Below, one piece after another: positions 57,451 through 64,000 of a DNA stretch of 64,000 nucleotides. The DNA lies in the NCBI GenBank assembly GCA_951406725.2, contig OX597824.1, positions 16,368,001-16,432,000 on the forward strand. The letters are read 5' to 3'. Numbering within the stretch: the stretch's first letter is position 1; every line of letters begins with the position of its first letter. Made by a program: the position numbers and the translations under genes. The notes beneath the pieces were generated by a model that did not search any database, had not been told where the DNA came from, and was given only the letters and a program-made list of their open reading frames with translations. The stretch comes from Octopus vulgaris. Taxonomy: Eukaryota.

Positions 57451-58087
57451 AATGCATGCATCTGTGCTTGCGTGTGCAAACCGTGTGTACGTGTGTGTAT
57501 GAGTGTGTGTGTGTTTATTCTTTGAAATCACACATGTCCACTTTATCAACGTTTCACTTCCGTGCTCTTCAGTACAATGTGGTCCACTTTCATGTCTGGC
57601 CGTCCGTCTGTACATTTGTTTATTTGCCACTCCCTATATTTATCTGGTTCCGTCGTTCTCCTCATCCAACGGCCGCCAGTCTCATGGGTCAGAGCGTTCA
57701 AGTTTTGGCTGGAAGCGATCTACGCCTGGCAAGACAAGAATATAGTTATCAATGACAATGGTTGTATTTCATGCTCTGTTATTATCTATAAGCCTAATTA
57801 TATATCAATGAGTGTTTTTATACCTATATGCATTCGGTCTTATTGTGCATGTAAAATCAGATACGTAAACACACACATACACACACACACACACGCATAT
57901 ATACTAGTTGCCGTGTATTAATGCGTATGTATATTTCAGTGTTAATATATGTACTTTTCCTCGTCTGCGTCTGTCTTTACGTTCTGACTGGGTGTATAAT
58001 ATAATATACAAGTATATATATCAGGGTGAGTAAAAAGTAAGCAACATTTTGAAACATGAAATTCATCACAATATATTTCAATAAAAA

Positions 58088-58298
58088 GGCGGCGAGCTGG
58101 CAGAAACGTTAGCACGCCGGGCGAAATGCTTACCGCTATTTCGTCTGTCTTTACGTTCTGAGTTCAAATTCCGACGAGGTCGACTTTGCCTTACATCCCT
58201 TCGGGGTCGATAAATTAAGTACCAGTTACGCACTGGGTTGATATAATCGACTTGCCGCTTTCCCCAGCATTTCGAGGCCTTGTGCCTAGAGTAGAAAA
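58088..58298 (+). mobile_element. SINE family B with tail 2, full length
   Basis: Same head and body as 57170-57400; tail GGCCTTGTGCCTAGAGTAGAAA. Confidence 0.9.
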
Positions 58299-58384
58299 TA
58301 ATATATGTACTTTTCCGCGTAAATATATACTTACGTAAATATACATACATTGAGATATATATATCTATCTATATATATATATAG

Positions 58385-58575
58385 AGGGAGAGTTTACAAA
58401 AGAAAAAGAAAAGACGAAGACAGGTGGTGTACAAAGCAAACAGATGTATTAGTATAACGCTCAGGAATAGAAAGTCTTTTACGTTTCGAGCCTAGGCTCT
58501 TCCACAGAAAGGGACACAGAAAAAAGCAAGTAGAGAAACAAGGGAAGAAAAAAATGCGTATAGTGACTAACGATA
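58385..58575 (-). mobile_element. Short repeat family E (HHR-like)
   Basis: Minus strand 58476-58511 reads CTTT-CTGTGGA-A-GAGC(CTAG)GCTC-GAAAC-GT-A-AAAG. Confidence 0.8.
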
Positions 58576-58737
58576 TATGTGTGTGTGTGTGTGTGTGTGT
58601 GTTTTACTTGTTTCATTCATCAGACTTTGGCCATGCTGGAGCACCGTCGGAAATAATTTTAGTTCAACATAATATAATTATACATACAATTATATAGAGG
58701 TATGTATACATGTATATATAAGTATATATACATATAT

Positions 58738-59300
58738 GGGGGGCAAAGGAAAGTGATTGCGTCACTCATAGCCTCTCCTCTCCAGGTGTAATGATCGCTG
58801 CAGAACTTCTACTTGGCTGCGCCTTGTGGAAAGTTCTTGCTAATGGCCTCTCCTGCACTACTGTGTCCACAGCAGCACCTTCACGCGGTACCCCCTGTTC
58901 TCACTGAGCCTGCTGTGTGGCGCGACCGGGTGCTTGGCGGTATAACCAGGTGGGCAGACTGGGCTCGTTAGCCTTGGTTGGCAGCCAGTCTAGGAGAAGG
59001 AAAACTCTGACTCCAAACCCTCGCTCCGCTGCCTTGCGGATGCTCTTGGGAGAGGGAAAGGCTATGGGAGTAAACCCAGACAGAAAATCCGGAGTGGAGC
59101 CCCGAAGGAGGTAGGGTGTCGAATCTCGACCCCTTTCCGGCAACTCCTGCAGCCAACCAGACTCCAAACGTACTGCACTGCATTCCTTTGGATTATGTCT
59201 GGGGGGGCCGAGAGGGAGATTCTGGTGTCTGGGCAGCCCAGTGTCTTCGTTTCTACCGCCCAGGCTTGCGCCATGGAGAAACTACTCCATCGATGGATGC
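58738..59300 (+). mobile_element. RTE-clade LINE 5' UTR-like segment
   Basis: GC-rich island containing GGCAGCCAGTCTAGGAGAAGGAAAACTCTGACTCCAAACC, a motif I recognise from RTE-clade 5' regions; no downstream ORF. Confidence 0.65.
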
Positions 59301-59344
<44 letters not shown>

Positions 59345-59397
59345 ATATTTATATCACATATATGCACTCATATATTCATATATCTTTGTATATACAT

Positions 59398-59888
59398 TGG
59401 CTGTGTGGTAAATAGCTTGCTTACCAACCATATGGTTCCGGGTTCAGTCCCACTGCGTGGTACCTTGGGTATGTGTCTTCTGCTGTAGCCTCGGTCTGAG
59501 CAAAGCCTTCTTCGTGGATCTGGTAGACGGAAACTGAATGAAGCCCGTCGTATATCTGCATACATACATACATACATACATACATACATACATACATACA
59601 TACATACATGCATACATACATATATATATATGTGTGTGTGTGTGTATATATATATATGTATGTATGTATGTATGTATATATATGTCTGTGTGTCTGTGTT
59701 TGTCGCCACCACAATTTCGCTTAACAACCGATGCTGATGCGTTTACGTCCCCGTAACTTAGCGGTTCTGCAAAAAAATCGATAGAATACGTACTCGGCTA
59801 ACAATTTGTTAGTCAATTTGTTCGGCTAAAGGCGGTGCCCCAGCATGGCCAGAGTCAAATGACTGAAGTAAAAAAGTAAAAGAATAAA
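59398..59888 (+). mobile_element. SINE family A, diverged, with a large internal microsatellite
   Basis: Head, body and tail homology. Confidence 0.85.
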
Positions 59889-60171
59889 TCAGTAAAAGAA
59901 TATATGTATGTGTATGTACAAACACACATATATATGTACATGCATACATCCATACACATCACATGCATACCTACATATATATTCTATGTTCCATATTTGT
60001 GTGTATTTTTGCCAGTATATATGTGTGCGTATGCGCAAATATAAGTAGATACATACACACACACAAGTAGACACACAGACGTATATCTCTGTCTATATGA
60101 GTGTGTGTATGAACATGCTCAATTGCCTATACATGTCTATGACTGTAACGTGTGTATCTGTGTGTGTATAT

Positions 60172-60202
<31 letters not shown>

Positions 60203-60547
60203 CTCTTTTACTCTTTTGCTTGTTTCAGTCATTTGACTGCAGCCATGCTGGAGCACCGCCTTTAGTCGAGGAGATCGACCTCGGGACTTATTCTATCGGT
60301 CTCTTTTGCCGAACCGCTAAGTGACGGGAACGTAAACACACTAGCATCGGTTGTCAAGCAACGCTAGGGGGACAAACACAGACACACAAACACATACACA
60401 CATACATATATACGACAGGCTTCTTTCAGTTTCCGTCTACCCGGGGCTATAGCAGAAGACACTTGCCCAAGATGCCACGCAGTGGGACTGAACCCGGAAC
60501 CATGTGGTTGGTTAGCAAGCTACTTACCACGCAGCCACTCCTGCGCC

Positions 60548-60548
<1 letters not shown>
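60203..60548 (-). mobile_element. SINE family A with two internal deletions
   Basis: Ends CAGCCACTCCTGCGCC. Confidence 0.9.
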
Positions 60549-60583
<35 letters not shown>

Positions 60584-61282
60584 TGTATGTATGTATGTAT
60601 GTACGTATATATATTTATATCTGTGTACGTACGATTTTAAATTTCCTTCCCACTACAGACTACATACTTATTAAGCACTTCCGCTGCTTAGAAAGCAAGG
60701 TGTGTCGTGGCTATTATTACGGTTATTGATAAGGCCAACAGCAACGGAATCAATGACAAAGAACGACCGACGATGGCGACAATGACACTCTTGATCACGA
60801 TGACGATGATGTTGACAATAATAATGATGATGATGATGATAATTAGGATCGTAGTATAGATCATGGTGGTGGTGGCGGCGGTGTTGGAGAAAGGTCTTTA
60901 GTTAGGGGTGGTAACAGCGTTTTGTATCGGTGATCAGGATCGGGTAGAAGAGTGCTGATTGTCTCCTGAAATGACAGGGTGCTGTGTTATAAAGAAGACC
61001 TTAATGAGACAGTCTGTAAGGTTTATATAGCAATCTACCCGATCCGGCCATCCTCGCCTCTCGTGCCCATCCACCTGAATCGCATAGACGGTCTAATGGC
61101 GATTATCACTCGCACTACTGCCTACACTCACTCCGAACACCACCTAGGGCACTACAACCCTGAGCTCCACTCTGCCTACATCGTCACCGCCCTCAACGTG
61201 ACCATCAACAGTGAGTACCCCGAACACCTAGTATGTCACTAGCGCCGCTACTATTATCACCACACATACCACCACCAAACAT

Positions 61283-61507
61283 ACCTATTTCTTTACTACC
61301 CACAAGGGGCTAAACACAGAGGACAAACAAGGACAGACAAACGCATTAAGTCGATTACATCGACCCCAGTGCGTAACTGGTACTTAATTTATCGACCCCG
61401 AAAGGATGAAAGGCAAAGTCGACCTTGGCGGAATTTGGACTCAGAACGTAACGGCAGACGAAATACGGCTAAGTATTTCGCCCGGCGTGCTAACGGTTCT
61501 GCCACCA
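61283..61507 (-). mobile_element. SINE family B with tail 1, inside an (ACC)n low-complexity tract
   Basis: Consensus match; CACCACCAAACATACC occurs on both sides (TSD-like). Confidence 0.9.
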
Positions 61508-62257
61508 CCAAACATACCATCACCATCACCACCACCACCACCACCACCACCACCACCACCACCACCACTACCACCACCACAGACACCACCACCACCACCA
61601 CCACTACCTCCACCACCACTGCTGCCACCACAACCACAACAACATCCGCAACAGCCATCCCTAATCGCCGCTACCGCCACTACTACTAATAATACGACCA
61701 ACGCTACCAACACTTCCAACGCCATCACCAGCGTTACCATCAACACCACAACCATCACTACAGCCGTTACCTACCTCCTCCAACATATCTCCACTACAAC
61801 CATCATCGTAAACACTAACCACCACTGCCACAATCCTCACCACCAACATTATTATCACTAGTATCACCATCGCACCGCCACCACCACCGCCACCACCACC
61901 ATCAACAGAATCAACGCTATCATCACCACCACTCGCAACTCTACCATCACCGCCATCAAGGACATCACCTCTAGCATGAAAACAAGCTCTCTCTCACCGC
62001 ATCCCCCGCCTTAGGCAACGTCAGCCATTTTGTAAGCAATAACGCTAACCAAAGAAATATTCCCTTTCCCTCTTATTTGAACTATAAACCAATAATTATA
62101 TGTAAGGCACCATATAATTTTTTTTTTACATCCGTCTACCCTTCAACAGACTCGAACTGAGAACCATTTCATTGTTGTGCTCTTAATTTGGCATACGCAT
62201 ATGTAAACGCGCATATACATGTACATACATATATACATACATACATACATACATACG

Positions 62258-62335
<78 letters not shown>

Positions 62336-62338
<3 letters not shown>

Positions 62339-62522
62339 CCGCGTGTGTACCGTTGGCGATTTTTTTCCTCTGTCTTCCCTTCTCTGGATCTTTCCTTCTC
62401 CTATGTTTCCGACGAAGAAACGTTAAACACTCCTTCTTTCCTTCTTTCCTGAGCGTCCAATAATACTATATTTGTTCCACGTCCTCGCGTTGTTGTGTTT
62501 TTTTGTGCTTTCTTGTTTGGAT

Positions 62523-62527
<5 letters not shown>
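62336..62527 (+). mobile_element. Short repeat family D with stem II deleted
   Basis: GTTTCCGACGAAGAAACGTTAAAC lacks the GAGC..GCTC hairpin. Confidence 0.8.
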
Positions 62528-62556
<29 letters not shown>

Positions 62557-62557
<1 letters not shown>

Positions 62558-62837
62558 CGGAGATGTACTCGCATAGCAAGTAATTTGATCTGAGATCGTG
62601 TGCTGAAACGAAAACAATTGCAGCGTGGAAGGTGTTTATAAGCCATTTAAGAAACACACAAAAGCCGTTCGATTCACTTCAACATTTAAGTTTAATTTGT
62701 CAAAAATTAGTCAGTGAACAGGTCGCGGATTTTAGCGACGAAAATATTTTGACAAATTAAACTTAAATGTTGAAGTAATTCGAACGGCTTTTGTGTGTTT
62801 CTTAAATGGCTTATAAACACATTCCACGCTGCAATTG

Positions 62838-62840
<3 letters not shown>
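62557..62840. mobile_element. Foldback element in (TA)n with about 94-bp inverted arms
   Basis: 62612-62705 versus 62747-62840, about 3 mismatches; partial second copy at 14590-14725. Confidence 0.85.
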
Positions 62841-62926
<86 letters not shown>

Positions 62927-62940
62927 AATATACATACATA

Positions 62941-63245
62941 AATTTGGTGTTCATTTGCTTCAGCTTTATTTTATATTAATTGTATTTCGGCTAGCGTTCT
63001 TTCGTCACAGTTCAGTGACCTGATCAGTGGTCCTTTGCATTCTCCTTTCTTTTTTTTTTTGTGTCTTTCCTTACTAATGATCAGCCATTTTATATAAAAT
63101 AAAACTGAAGCAAATGAACACCAAATATTTAGCGCGTGTGTTTTTATTGGCTAAACTGGCAACATGACCGTCCCCAAATACAACAATATCTGTTTCAACA
63201 CACGAATTCGCATCAAGAATCTTGCAAAACGAATATCTAAACGGT
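62941..63245. mobile_element. Repeat family F, inverted arrangement around an HHR-like motif (62989-63033, minus)
   Basis: 62942-62975 is the reverse complement of about 63093-63126; both parts are homologous to 47420-47707. Confidence 0.75.
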
Positions 63246-63538
63246 CTAAATATTAATTAGCATGAAAGCCTAAGAGGAAAATGCCTGGCAAAAGAAGAAA
63301 AGAAAATGCGAATTCTTCTACAATGGTATCTTATTTATAGCTCCATAATGTTATAAATTGTCGGTATTCATTCGATGGAATAGCCTGGTATATTGGTTAG
63401 CACTGTGTGAACAAGTATGGGACAAGCATACAGATTGACCCATACTTACGCACGTATACATACATATATATATATAGATAGATAGAGGTATCTGTGTGTT
63501 TTATATACATAAAATCTATGTATATATTATTATTATTA

Positions 63539-63605
<67 letters not shown>

Positions 63606-63673
63606 CATCATCATCATCATTATTATTATCATAATCGTTATTATTACTATTATTATTATTATTATTATTATTA

Positions 63674-63753
<80 letters not shown>

Positions 63754-63756
<3 letters not shown>

Positions 63757-63970
63757 TAGTTTTATTTTTATAGCGTGCTTTCACTTCACTACCGAGCGCA
63801 GCTCTGTGTGCCTTGGGTATGTGCTGTAATTTGTTGTGATGCTCTGATGGTTATTGTATGGAAAGTGTTCTGCGTAGGATGTGTGCAGTACCTAGTAGTG
63901 CAATTTTCTGTATGTTATATGTGTTTGTAAGTCCTGGTGTTTTTGTTATGTATTTGTCTGAATATTTTTA
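63754..63970 (-). mobile_element. R4/Dong-like non-LTR 3' end in (TAA)n
   Basis: Minus strand KYSDKYITKTPGLTNTYNIQKIALLGTAHILRRTLSIQ*, then a short UTR and (TAA)n. Confidence 0.85.
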
Positions 63971-64000
63971 TTTTTATTATTTTTTTATTATTATTATTAT

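Noticed and set aside
58020-58080. TATCAGGGTGAGTAAAAAGTAAG, a Tc1/mariner TIR-like start
   Set aside because: No partner TIR or transposase found nearby.

Overview
This window is AT-rich, microsatellite-saturated eukaryotic (animal) DNA with no intact protein-coding gene that I can support. The repeat make-up (several tRNA-derived SINE families amid dense (TA)n/(CA)n/(TAA)n/(TACA)n arrays) points to a coleoid cephalopod, probably Octopus; this is inference. Almost all listed ORFs are translations of microsatellites. Supportable content: (1) four SINE families (my labels A, B, C, G) with about 40 copies or fragments, some with target-site duplications; (2) two decayed mariner transposases and an internally deleted Tc1 with both TIRs; (3) fragments of RLE-endonuclease non-LTR retrotransposons (R4/Dong-like, two flanked by (TAA)n), a CR1-type 3' end and an RTE-type 5' UTR. 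The most interesting unannotated signal is a set of short elements, mostly embedded in (TA)n, carrying minimal type-I hammerhead-ribozyme (HHR) folds. They show covarying stems, palindromic stem III and frequent inverted-repeat architecture, resembling Penelope-like pLTRs or retrozymes. Coordinates were read by eye and may be off by a few bases; all folds and family names need computational confirmation.
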